A stretch of DNA of 64,000 bases from Alphaproteobacteria bacterium (GCA_965248915.1 OZ252216.1:153091-217090), one strand, 5' to 3'. Positions 19,620 through 29,186 are shown, counted from the stretch's first letter. The notes: generated from the sequence alone by a model not told the origin. A program made the numbers and translations.

Positions 19620-20198
19620 CTAGTCGATACTTTTGCTCATACCGGACCAACGTTTGACCCGGCCTGTGTCGATGTCAAAGAGGTCCAAGACACGGCCGAC
19701 GCTGTGATTGATGATGTCATCGATGCTTTGTGGATTGTTATAAAAGGCGGGCATCGGTGGCGCGATGATAATCCCCATCTGTGCGGCCTCATAGAGGAGC
19801 TTGCAATGTCCAACATGCAGTGGTGCTTCCCGCGGCATCAAGACCAGGCGCCGTCCTTCTTTCAAGACGACATCTGCAGCCCTGGTGAGAAGATTGTCCG
19901 CATTTGAGTGCACGATCGCTGAGAGTGTTCGGATCGAACATGGCGCAACAAGCATACCGTCTGTCTTGAAAGACCCAGATGAAATAGTCGCTCCGAGATT
20001 CTTGCTTGAATGGACTTCATGGGCGAGGCCTTCGATGTCTTTGACCGTCCATTCGGTTTCCGCAGCAATAGTCGCGCGCGCACCATCAGAGAGGACGAGA
20101 TGCGATTCAACATCCGAAATTTCAGACAATGTTTCTAGGGCGCGGATGCCATAAATGGCACCGCTTGCACCGGATATGCCGACGATGATGCGTCTCAT
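19620..20198 (-). CDS. ubiX: UbiX-family flavin prenyltransferase (prFMN synthase)
   Basis: MRRIIVGISGASGAIYGIRALE… N-terminus and about 190-aa length. The 50-aa extension in the track ORF has no homology. Confidence 0.85.
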   Translation of the reverse strand: MRRIIVGISGASGAIYGIRALETLSEISDVESHLVLSDGARATIAAETEWTVKDIEGLAHEVHSSKNLGATISSGSFKTDGMLVAPCSIRTLSAIVHSNADNLLTRAADVVLKEGRRLVLMPREAPLHVGHCKLLYEAAQMGIIIAPPMPAFYNNPQSIDDIINHSVGRVLDLFDIDTGRVKRWSGMSKSID

Positions 20199-20365
20199 TG
20201 ACAAATCGCTCCACTCTCGATCCGAGGAAACATAGTGCTTATGTGTCCGTCGGGCCAGGTCAAAGAGAGCCAGGGTAAATGACGGCGAGTTTCCCAATGC
20301 CTTTGGCGAGGGCCATAGTTCATGTAGGGTGCCCTGAGCGTTAAGCAAGGAATGATCGACGACTG

Positions 20366-21571
20366 ATGACCATCAATGGCGAAATGGTATTTGAGAGCTG
20401 GGAACTCGCGAAGCTAAAACTGCGCAACCGTGTCATCCGAGCCGCAACTTACGAAGGTCGTACACCAGGCGGCAAGATCACAGATGAACAGATCGACTTT
20501 CACCGCGACCCGTCCGCCGGCGGTGTGGCCATGACCACCGTTGCCTATGGTGCGGTCTCAAAGGACGCACGTACTTTCGATGATCAGATTGTGTTGTCCG
20601 AGGACGAGATTCCGAATCTGAAGCGATTGACTGAAGCCGTGCAATCAGAAGGCGCTGCAGCTTCCATTCAACTGGCCCACGCAGGCGGATTTACACGGGC
20701 CACTGGCAGATCAACCTGGGCATCACGAGCGCCGTCCAGCGGGTTCAACACATACGGTCTGATGTCCGGATCCCCGTTCATGAAATCTCTCACGACCAGC
20801 GAAATGGACGAAATCGTTAAGGATTATGTTCGCGCCGCTGCGGTCGCGCGCGAGGCTGGTTTCGATGCTGTCGAAGTGCATATGGGCCATGGCTATCTCT
20901 TAAGTCAGTTCTTAAGCCCGGCTCTCAATCACCGTCGAGATCAGTATGGTGGCACGACCAACAATCGGACGCGATTTCCCCGCCGGGTTGCAGAAGCTCT
21001 ACGAAAAGAGTTGGGAACAGACTTTCCGATTCTAGCAAAGGTGAACCTCAGTGATGGTGTTCGCGGTGGTTTATGTACGACCGAGGCAACAGAGGTCGCC
21101 TGTCATCTCGAAAGCACGGGGCTCAACGCACTCGTATTGTCAGGCGGCATCGTCAGCAAGTCGCCGATGTTTCTCTTTCGTGGCGGCAGCCCTCTCAAAG
21201 CCATGGTGGCTGTGGAATCATCTGCATTTCGAAAGGCCATTTTGAGAATTGGCGGTGCGCGGATGCTGCGCGAGTTGCCCTTTGAGGAACTCTTCTTTCT
21301 TGATCAGGCCCGCCAAATTCGCGCGGCGGTAGATATGCCCTTGGTACTCATTGGAGGGGTGCGCAGCCGCGCCAATATCGAAAAAGCAATCGCGGAAGGC
21401 TTCGATGCGGTCGCCATGGGCCGCCCCCTTATTCACAATCCCAACTTGATCAATGAGTTCAAATCCGGCCAGTCTCACCGATCTCTCTGCGACAATTGCA
21501 ATCGTTGTGTCGGAGAGATGGAATCCGCACACGGTGTGGTGTGTGTCACCCGGCGCGAGACGCAAAGTTAG
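20366..21571 (+). CDS. NADH:flavin oxidoreductase, Old Yellow Enzyme family
   Basis: …LRNRVIRAATYEG… and …IQLAHAGG… TIM-barrel FMN motifs. 401 aa with no Fe-S extension. Confidence 0.8.
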   Translation: MTINGEMVFESWELAKLKLRNRVIRAATYEGRTPGGKITDEQIDFHRDPSAGGVAMTTVAYGAVSKDARTFDDQIVLSEDEIPNLKRLTEAVQSEGAAASIQLAHAGGFTRATGRSTWASRAPSSGFNTYGLMSGSPFMKSLTTSEMDEIVKDYVRAAAVAREAGFDAVEVHMGHGYLLSQFLSPALNHRRDQYGGTTNNRTRFPRRVAEALRKELGTDFPILAKVNLSDGVRGGLCTTEATEVACHLESTGLNALVLSGGIVSKSPMFLFRGGSPLKAMVAVESSAFRKAILRIGGARMLRELPFEELFFLDQARQIRAAVDMPLVLIGGVRSRANIEKAIAEGFDAVAMGRPLIHNPNLINEFKSGQSHRSLCDNCNRCVGEMESAHGVVCVTRRETQS

Positions 21572-21576
21572 ATGGT

Positions 21577-23199
21577 CTAAGCGGTTGGGTGTGACCCATT
21601 GGCGCGAGATGGTGCTTTGCGCGTGCTGCTTGTCTTGCGTTTCGTTTTAGCTTTCGCCTTCGTTTTTGCCTTAGCTTTAGCCTTCGATTTAGCTTTTGGC
21701 TTTGCTTTGGTTTTCGGTCTTGCAGATTTTTTGGCCACAGGTTTCTTCAGCGGTTTTTCCTCTTCGCCCTGGCCCAATCCATGAAGGAAGAGGGTTCTCA
21801 CATCCGCAATGTGTTTCTCGAGATTCTTCACATCCCAATCCTTAGTCGAAATGGGTGGTAGAACTTTGACTTCAATCGTTGTCGGTCGGGCGATGGCCGA
21901 TCCTTTGGGCATGGCATCCGTTGTATTCATCAAAAGGACCGGAACGATGGGCGCGTCTGCCTGCATCGACAAATGAAACCCGCCTTTCTTAAACGGTCCT
22001 AGCTTGTTGGTGACACTCCGGGTTCCTTCCGGCGCCATCATGACCGAAATGCCTGACTTCAACCCATCAATGGCTGGTTTGATAGCCTCGATGGCTTTTT
22101 CTGTATTGGAACGGTCAACAAAGAAAGTTCCAAGGGCGCGCGCCACCTGGCCGATTACAGGTTGTTTGCTGATCTCGATCTTTCCAATAGGGGCAAAGTC
22201 ACGCTTCAAGAGCTTGATCATGACAATCGCGTCAACAGCGCTTTGATGATTGAACATGAAGATTGCGGGTCGATGGGACCACAGGTGTTCTTCACCTTCC
22301 GTATTGATTCTAAGGCCTGTCGAGGCTGCCGACAATTCGCCCCAAACGGAATTGAAGATGTTACGTGCTTGCCAGGGGGAGCGGTTAAGCGCATAGGCCG
22401 ACAACGCTGCCGAGGCCGCAACCATGGAAGAACCATAAGCGAGCCCCGTACGCACGACATCCATTGTTGAAGGTGTGCCGCGGCTATCAAATCTGGTGAT
22501 GGGCCAGTCCCGTTCCTCTGCGATGCGCGTGAGCTTGCGTCCCGGATTAAGAGGGCGGGGATACTTCACCGCGTCTAGGAGTGGCAAATCCTCTGAACCG
22601 TCGGAATAGAAGTAGCTCTTAAGGAGGTCGGCGCCTTTTTCATCGCACAAAGCTTGAGCGGCCACGAGTTTTCCTTCGCCGTAACAGGCAGGTTCGATAA
22701 TGCGGCCAGTACAAACGCCGTTCTCAACTTCTAAATGATTGCAGAGAACGTTGTCGATGCCAAAGTCTTCGGCAACAGGGTCGACCTGATACGACGTCGC
22801 CGAAGAGACGATGGCAACAGTGTGCCCTTTGCGGAAGTGTGCCTCGATCAACCCGCGTGCTTCAGGATAAATCCGTGCGGCGACGCGTTCATCAAAGACT
22901 TTGCGTCCAAATTCGCAATTGGTTTCATCAAGCTGACCGCGCAAGGATGAGATCGTCGCGTTGACCCACTCGGTGAAGTCAATTTTGCCGCGCGCGAACT
23001 CCGTTGAAACGGCGACCCCGTCAATCAGCTCCGGGATCGACATATCACCTTCTTTGAGGCGCTCAACGAACAAGTCTTGAGCTGAAAACCCTGCCAGGAC
23101 GGTCTTGTCCATGTCGAAAAAGGCACCGACGGTCGAGCCTGAGGGGCCATCTTCGATGTCCCGCAACAATGTTTGATAGGTCGCCATAATTCTTCCCAA
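21577..23199 (-). CDS. bifunctional HAD-IB family phosphatase / 1-acyl-sn-glycerol-3-phosphate acyltransferase (PlsC-like) with Lys/Ala-rich basic C-terminal tail
   Basis: N-half has HAD motif I FFDMDKTV and motif IV …YSDGSEDLPLL. C-half has the LPLAT H(x4)D motif (NHQSAVD) and EGTRS motif. The last about 50 aa are KAKxK repeats. The start lies 4 nt after the plsB stop. Confidence 0.75.
   Translation of the reverse strand: MGRIMATYQTLLRDIEDGPSGSTVGAFFDMDKTVLAGFSAQDLFVERLKEGDMSIPELIDGVAVSTEFARGKIDFTEWVNATISSLRGQLDETNCEFGRKVFDERVAARIYPEARGLIEAHFRKGHTVAIVSSATSYQVDPVAEDFGIDNVLCNHLEVENGVCTGRIIEPACYGEGKLVAAQALCDEKGADLLKSYFYSDGSEDLPLLDAVKYPRPLNPGRKLTRIAEERDWPITRFDSRGTPSTMDVVRTGLAYGSSMVAASAALSAYALNRSPWQARNIFNSVWGELSAASTGLRINTEGEEHLWSHRPAIFMFNHQSAVDAIVMIKLLKRDFAPIGKIEISKQPVIGQVARALGTFFVDRSNTEKAIEAIKPAIDGLKSGISVMMAPEGTRSVTNKLGPFKKGGFHLSMQADAPIVPVLLMNTTDAMPKGSAIARPTTIEVKVLPPISTKDWDVKNLEKHIADVRTLFLHGLGQGEEEKPLKKPVAKKSARPKTKAKPKAKSKAKAKAKTKAKAKTKRKTSSTRKAPSRANGSHPTA
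21600..21745 (-). repeat. imperfect short tandem repeats (gcyttrgcyttcg-like) encoding the Lys/Ala/Pro-rich tail
   Basis: Visible on the + strand as repeated gctttagccttcg / gcttttggctttg units. Translation on the minus strand gives KPKAKSKAKAKAKTKAKAKTKRK. Confidence 0.6.
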
Positions 23200-23202
23200 A
23201 CC

Positions 23203-25569
23203 TCAGTCTTCTTGGCGGCTTAGCACCATTGTGACGATAATGTCGAGTCGGCGGGAGATATCTCGCATATCCTGCGCCCATTGAACCCGCCGTTCGGCCA
23301 CTTCCGCGCCGCCCTCGTCAAGCCCGCGATTGGTGGCGAGTTTTAAGCCCGTTTCATAAAGGCTTTTGGAAACTGATTCTTCCGAGAAAATCCGACTTTG
23401 CAAATACATCTGCTTTCCAAGTTTGATGCAGTCAGCCAAAAAGGACTTGGCGTCTTCAACCGGCTCAGATCCGAGGCGACAAAGAGCTTGAGCCACAACC
23501 GAATAGGCATCCGTGAAAGAACGAAGAACTCCCTGGGCCACAAGGGGTCTTGTTTCATCAAGCGCATCGCGCGCTGCATGACCGCCCTCTCTGAGAGCCG
23601 CTTCCCAACTCTTCGTGCGCGCTTTGAGTTCAGAATCAACTTCCGCCCGAAACTCGTCTTTTGGCGGGAAGTAAAACTCAAACTTCAACAAATCTCTCAA
23701 CGCTTCCACTTCACGCCAGAACACCAGCGCGCCGTCTTCACTAGGACGATCCGAGACCTTCATGAGCGCCAGCTCAACAATGGCATCGACAACAAAGAAG
23801 TGAATGATGGTATTTCGGTAATACGCCGCTTTGAGATACTCACCGCGACATATTGCGTAGACCTTCTCAAGTCCCTCTTCGTAACAGGTTACCACCCCAT
23901 TGCGGGTCAACTGTTCAAGCGTTAGCTCAATGGCTTCGAGGGTGTCGAGCTCTAGAGGTCCGGCTGTCGGAAACTGCCGACGATTGACGACTTCCATCCA
24001 GGATTGAATGGTCCGCTGAATACCTTTGAGGGTGCGCGCTCGTGTGCTATTGGCGAGGAGGGACAGTGTTACCAATGAAGTGGCCGTTATGGGAGTGACC
24101 TCATTGATACGAACGGCGACTTGGAAAGCGAGCTTTTGTACGGCTTCGGTTTTTTGGTCTGCATTGAGGCCGTCATTGAGGCGCTCTGGGGGAACAATGT
24201 CAGGAAGACGAAGCGGTTCGCCAAAGCGCAAGAAGATGCGGCCGAGCTTTTGCTTGGAGCGGAGGAACTTTGCGATCCAAGCCATGCCCTCTGGCTTCTT
24301 GTCGAGCCCTCGCTGTTCGCGAATATAGTCATCGACTTCATTGATCTGATCATAGGCAATTGTGACCGGAACAAATGTGACGTCATAGCTCTTGTTTCTC
24401 AGGATCGATTCAACGAAGTAATTGAACATGCCATACCGTGGCGGCAGCAGTTTTCCGGTTCGAGACCGTGTTCCTTCAAATGCCCAAACAAACGAAAAGC
24501 GCTTGTCGACCATATAGTCAATGTAACGCCGGAATGTTGCCTTGTAGGTTTCATTGTCTTGGAAACTGCGCCGAATAAAGATGACACCAGCGTTCTTGCC
24601 AAGGGCGCCAAGGCCAAAGGTATTGAGATTGATGCCGCCGAAAGCCATGGGCGGCGGCAGATTGTTGTCAAACAAAGTGACCGACAAAGCGACCGTATCG
24701 AGCATTGACTTGTGAGTGACCAAAAAGACCACAGGCCTTGAGGTGAGCAAGTCGCGAACTTCTTCCAACTGCCCTTTGTCATAGTCAATTTCAGGATCGT
24801 ACGTACTCACATACATGGCGCGTTGCAGCGCAATGAAGCAATCGAGTGTGAACGGGTTTTGAGCTGCCGCCATTTCTTTGAGATACGCTTCGGCTTTCTC
24901 GCGGACCTGCGGTAAGTCAGCATCGCCCGACTGGGAAATATCAACCAGCTTCTTTTGATAGGTTTGGTCCGAGAAGACGTCACTAGTGAGAAGTTTCGGC
25001 ACCTTGTATCTCGCGCCGCGCAAGACACGTTCGGCTCGTTCCAAGACGACGGCGGCCTGACGCAAGACAAAATCGCTCAGAGTGCTGTCATCAAATTCCG
25101 CTGAACCCCAATCGTCTTCAAATTGGCGTCGCACATCGCTCAAATGGGCGCCGAGACCTGCAGCACATTTTACCCGGTCAGGATGTCTCTTGAGCAGCCA
25201 GCGCCCTCTAAATCTTCCAGGGTGTTGAACGATCCCGGCAAAGAGGTCTTGAACGAGGGGAAATCTTTTCTCCGCGCTGCTTTGCCCAAGCCACACCACG
25301 CGCACCGGTTGGAGCCAGGGGTCATGGCCATATTGCGTGGTACTTTCAATAACCGATGATAGGTCGCTTTGGGCATCCCCACCAATATTGCAAAATGAGT
25401 GATCGACATTTTCGCCGTCGGAATGGTCCGCGATCCATTTCTTGAGGATCTCGTCTTCCAGATCATTCGCCGCATCCAACAGAAAAATAACCTGAGCTTT
25501 GCCTGCCCAAGGGCCAGTGGAAGTTTCTTGATCAACGGCGGTTTCGTGCAAGATGGTCGTTTGACTCAT
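23203..25569 (-). CDS. plsB: glycerol-3-phosphate 1-O-acyltransferase
   Basis: 788 aa, the same size as E. coli PlsB (807 aa). Contains VTHKSMLDTVAL (H(x4)D) and FEGTRSRTGKLL motifs. Confidence 0.85.
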   Translation of the reverse strand: MSQTTILHETAVDQETSTGPWAGKAQVIFLLDAANDLEDEILKKWIADHSDGENVDHSFCNIGGDAQSDLSSVIESTTQYGHDPWLQPVRVVWLGQSSAEKRFPLVQDLFAGIVQHPGRFRGRWLLKRHPDRVKCAAGLGAHLSDVRRQFEDDWGSAEFDDSTLSDFVLRQAAVVLERAERVLRGARYKVPKLLTSDVFSDQTYQKKLVDISQSGDADLPQVREKAEAYLKEMAAAQNPFTLDCFIALQRAMYVSTYDPEIDYDKGQLEEVRDLLTSRPVVFLVTHKSMLDTVALSVTLFDNNLPPPMAFGGINLNTFGLGALGKNAGVIFIRRSFQDNETYKATFRRYIDYMVDKRFSFVWAFEGTRSRTGKLLPPRYGMFNYFVESILRNKSYDVTFVPVTIAYDQINEVDDYIREQRGLDKKPEGMAWIAKFLRSKQKLGRIFLRFGEPLRLPDIVPPERLNDGLNADQKTEAVQKLAFQVAVRINEVTPITATSLVTLSLLANSTRARTLKGIQRTIQSWMEVVNRRQFPTAGPLELDTLEAIELTLEQLTRNGVVTCYEEGLEKVYAICRGEYLKAAYYRNTIIHFFVVDAIVELALMKVSDRPSEDGALVFWREVEALRDLLKFEFYFPPKDEFRAEVDSELKARTKSWEAALREGGHAARDALDETRPLVAQGVLRSFTDAYSVVAQALCRLGSEPVEDAKSFLADCIKLGKQMYLQSRIFSEESVSKSLYETGLKLATNRGLDEGGAEVAERRVQWAQDMRDISRRLDIIVTMVLSRQED

Positions 25570-25626
25570 TGGCTGTTCGTTTCCTCACCGACTTCTCAAA
25601 TATGAAGTGGGATCAATACAGTTGAA

Positions 25627-27063
25627 CTACTTGGCGGTCTTCAATTTTGCGAAAGCCGCTTTTCTCAATTCGTTGTAAGATTGGTCAATGCACTCAGCGT
25701 AAAAATCAGGGTCAGGAAGATGTTCCCGACAAGCTGTTATAGAAATCGTTAGCGTGTTCTTGTGGCTGGTCACCGCGTGGAAAATGCCCATGCCGTCTCC
25801 AAGCGGCGCCATGCCGTACCCGGCGACGAGCTTTGCGCCAGCAAAGAAGATATCCATGGGAAGTCCGGGGACATTCGACACGAATGTATTGCAGATAGGC
25901 CGCATTTTGGAGATCCATTTCATACCTTCAGCACGGCGAAAAGTTGCCGACGCGAGGGCAGGGCTCAAAATGCCGGATATATGGGAGAGAAGATCGGGGC
26001 CGCGAACCGCAGCCATTCGCTTTGCGTCCTGAGTTCGGATGCGAATGGCTTGAAGTCGCGCGATGGGATCTTCTATATCCGTGCCCATGGCAACAGCCAT
26101 ATCTGAAATCTGGTTTCCTCCATCCCCTTCAGCCCCTTCGGTTCTGACCGAGATCGGGCACATCGCCACCAGCGATGTTTTCGGAAGTTCTTCTTTTGCC
26201 AATAGGTAGCGTCGCATCGCGCCGGCGCAAATGGCAATGGCGGCATCATTGATGGTCGCACCATTGATCGCTTTTCTGAATTTTCGAATGTCTTCGAGCA
26301 CATACTCGCGCCCCTCAAAGACGCGGTGCACCGATACCGGTTCGTTAAAGCGCGTGCGTGGGACGGAGGGACTCTTTAGCAGACGTTCCTGCCGTCGCGA
26401 CCGACCGGCTTTGAGTTCTCCGCGAATGAGCGCGGATGTGTGTCCGATCGACGTGAGCGGTTGCTGAACGAGATTTGGCAGAGCGCGCGTAAGCAGAGCG
26501 GCATCCGTGGGCAGGCTTTCATCTGTCCCATCAAATGAATCGGTTCCTTTGTCACGCGAGGCCTCTGGATCAAGTTCGTGTATGGCCTCCATAAGTGCGA
26601 TCGCCGAGACTCCATCTGTGAGGATGTGATGGATCTTGATGAGGACTGCAAAACTACCTTTCGGGATGTTGTCAATATTGTCTAAGCCGCCAATGACATA
26701 CATCTCCCACATCGGACGATTCATATCGAGAGGTCGGGAATAGATGCGGGCCAAGAGAATGCACAGCTGTTTCCAATCGCCTGGCTTTGGCAAGGCGATG
26801 TGGCGAACATGAAATTCAAGGTCAAAATCAGGATCATTGGCGAGATACGGCAGATCCAAGTCCATGGGTACGCGGACCAGTTTCTGCCGAAACGGCTCCC
26901 AGAGGTGCAGGCGCTCCCGCATATACTGCAGGATCTCCATGAACCTTACTTTGCCGCCTGGCGCCGAAGAGGGATCATAGATAGAAACACCACCGACGAC
27001 GCTCGGCGTATGCGGTGTATCCGCATAGAAGAAGACGGCATCTGTGTTGGAGATTTGCTTCAT
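25627..27063 (-). CDS. wax ester synthase / acyl-CoA:diacylglycerol acyltransferase (WS/DGAT) family
   Basis: HHILTDGVS active-site motif (HHxxxDG). 478 aa with a typical WS/DGAT N-terminus MKQISNTDAVFFYADTPHTP. Confidence 0.85.
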   Translation of the reverse strand: MKQISNTDAVFFYADTPHTPSVVGGVSIYDPSSAPGGKVRFMEILQYMRERLHLWEPFRQKLVRVPMDLDLPYLANDPDFDLEFHVRHIALPKPGDWKQLCILLARIYSRPLDMNRPMWEMYVIGGLDNIDNIPKGSFAVLIKIHHILTDGVSAIALMEAIHELDPEASRDKGTDSFDGTDESLPTDAALLTRALPNLVQQPLTSIGHTSALIRGELKAGRSRRQERLLKSPSVPRTRFNEPVSVHRVFEGREYVLEDIRKFRKAINGATINDAAIAICAGAMRRYLLAKEELPKTSLVAMCPISVRTEGAEGDGGNQISDMAVAMGTDIEDPIARLQAIRIRTQDAKRMAAVRGPDLLSHISGILSPALASATFRRAEGMKWISKMRPICNTFVSNVPGLPMDIFFAGAKLVAGYGMAPLGDGMGIFHAVTSHKNTLTISITACREHLPDPDFYAECIDQSYNELRKAAFAKLKTAK

Positions 27064-27227
27064 ACCCGGCCTTCAGATTCGACAACCACACCATGGAACG
27101 CTAGATTCCAAGGACATTGTGCCCAATATGCGGCTGTAAGTGTAGGTTTTTGTTTTTGCAGAGCCACGCCACGATGAAGCGCTGTTCCATGTCGCTGGTT
27201 CGGCTGTGGTTGACGTAAGGGGAAACT

Positions 27228-28235
27228 ATGAGCAATCCGTTGAATGTTGGTATTTTGGGTGCCGGTTCTTGGGGAACTACCGTTGCCTCCCTCGTCGCCC
27301 GAAACGCAAACGCGCTTTTGTGGGCGCGGGACCAGAAGTCGGTTGACGAGATCAACAATAATCACTCCTTGGAAAAATACCTACCGGGCGGATCCCTCAA
27401 CAAATCTCTTCGCGCAACTAATAGCATTGAGGAGGCGGTGCGTGGTGCCGACGTGATCATCATGGGCATTCCGTCGCAAAATTTTCGTTCGGTTCTAAAA
27501 GATGTTTCCAAACACATTCGAGCTTGGGTGCCCATCATCAGTCTCTCCAAGGGTCTTGAGCAGGGGTCCAGGTTGCGAATGACCCAAGTCATTGAACAAG
27601 TATTGCCGGGACATCCGCCCGGCGTCTTGACCGGTCCAAACTTGGCGCGGGAGATCATTTCCGGGGATGCCGCTGCCAGCGTCATTGCCATGGAAGACGA
27701 TGCCATTGTGAAGGCCCTTCAAAGCATTTTTCGCTCAGGGCTCTTTCGCGTTTACACAAACAACGATGTTACCGGGTGTGAGCTTGGTGGGGCGCTGAAA
27801 AATGTCGTCGCAATTGCTGCCGGAATGGGCGATGGCTTAGGCGCCGGCGACAATACCAGATCAGCCGTGATCACACGTGGGCTGGCCGAGCTCACAAGAT
27901 TGGGAACAGCCCTTGGCGGGCGCCCGGAAACCTTCGCAGGATTGGCAGGCATGGGGGATCTAGTGGCGACCTGCACGAGTCAGCAGAGCCGGAACAGATA
28001 TGTAGGCGAACAACTAGGCAAGGGACGATTGCTCGACGACATCATCAACGAGATGCACATGGTCGCCGAAGGCGTCAAGAGTGTTGGCGCCGTCATGGAG
28101 CTTTCCCAAGAGCACAATGTCGAAATGCCCATTGCCCAAGAGGTCTATGACGTCGTGCATCAAGGCGGTGGCCCGCACCGTGCCTTCAGAGGATTGCTCC
28201 GCAGCCAGTCAGGCGCGGAATGGGAGCCGGGCTAG
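27228..28235 (+). CDS. gpsA: NAD(P)H-dependent glycerol-3-phosphate dehydrogenase
   Basis: VGILGAGSWGTTVA Rossmann motif and GpsA-typical regions (…GIPSQ…, …NLAREI…). 335 aa. Confidence 0.9.
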   Translation: MSNPLNVGILGAGSWGTTVASLVARNANALLWARDQKSVDEINNNHSLEKYLPGGSLNKSLRATNSIEEAVRGADVIIMGIPSQNFRSVLKDVSKHIRAWVPIISLSKGLEQGSRLRMTQVIEQVLPGHPPGVLTGPNLAREIISGDAAASVIAMEDDAIVKALQSIFRSGLFRVYTNNDVTGCELGGALKNVVAIAAGMGDGLGAGDNTRSAVITRGLAELTRLGTALGGRPETFAGLAGMGDLVATCTSQQSRNRYVGEQLGKGRLLDDIINEMHMVAEGVKSVGAVMELSQEHNVEMPIAQEVYDVVHQGGGPHRAFRGLLRSQSGAEWEPG

Positions 28236-28269
28236 AACCCGACCCCACATCGATACCAAAACAACGATT

Positions 28270-28959
28270 CTATTCGGTTTTGCCGCCCAATAGCCCTGCG
28301 CGAAACAAAAAGCCCGCGACGACCGCTCCGAGGATTGGCGCGACTAAGAACAACCAGAGTTGGCTGATCGCCTCTCCGCCAACAAAAACAGCGGGGCCAA
28401 TGCTGCGGGCTGGGTTGACCGATACGCCGGTGACATTGATGCCGACGATGTGGATGACCACAAGTGCGATCCCGATCGCAAGACCCGCCACGGGCGTTGT
28501 TCCGGCCTCATCGGTTGACCCGAGTATTGTCACAACGAAAAGAAAGGTTGCGACAAACTCAAAAATGAATGCCGCGGTCATGGCATACTCACCCATATAC
28601 CCATCGCCCCAGCCATTTTTCCCGAGACCCGACGCAGCAACGTCATACCCGCCAAGTTGGCCACCAACGATGAGAAGAAGAACGCCTGCACCAAGCACTG
28701 CGCCAACGATCTGCGCGACAATGTACGTGCCCAGTTTAGATGCGGGCATCCGGTTCGCGATGACAGCTGCAATGCTGACCGCAGGATTGATATGGCATCC
28801 CGAAATGGGGCCAATACCGTAAGCCATAGCGATGAGTGCAAAGCCGAATGCGAAGGCGATCCCCAATACACCAATGTCACCACCAGCGATGACAGCCGCG
28901 CCGCAGCCAAAGAGCACAAGCGTGAACGTGCCAATAAGTTCTGCCAAAAAGATTTTCAT
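28270..28959 (-). CDS. aqpZ: aquaporin Z (MIP family water channel)
   Basis: Two NPA boxes (HINPAVS, VNPARS). MKIFLAELIGTFTLVLFGCG N-terminus. The ATG at 28959 is chosen over the extended track start. Confidence 0.9.
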   Translation of the reverse strand: MKIFLAELIGTFTLVLFGCGAAVIAGGDIGVLGIAFAFGFALIAMAYGIGPISGCHINPAVSIAAVIANRMPASKLGTYIVAQIVGAVLGAGVLLLIVGGQLGGYDVAASGLGKNGWGDGYMGEYAMTAAFIFEFVATFLFVVTILGSTDEAGTTPVAGLAIGIALVVIHIVGINVTGVSVNPARSIGPAVFVGGEAISQLWLFLVAPILGAVVAGFLFRAGLLGGKTE

Positions 28960-29186
28960 GTTTTTCCCCTGTCTTTTGAGAGTCAAAAGCAAGACCCGCT
29001 TCTCGCATCTGGGTTAGAAGGTACACAGAATATTTGCCTAAACCCAGTCAGAACTAGGTGGCGTAAGCCGTTTTCGGGTGGAAATATTGCTGCCTTAGAG
29101 TCTTATGGAAATTGATTTTGCATTTCATCTGCACGGTGGTGCCGATATGGTACGGTGACGAATCATCCGCAAACGGAGGCTATGCA

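Noticed and set aside
21599-21784. 61-aa + strand ORF (…LAFAFVFALALAFDLAFGFALVFGLA…)
   Set aside because: Antisense of the KAKAK tail repeats of the HAD::PlsC gene. A repeat artefact.
27064-27227. 164-bp divergent intergenic region between WS/DGAT and gpsA inspected for operators or repeats
   Set aside because: No convincing palindrome or repeat. It is probably just two back-to-back promoters.
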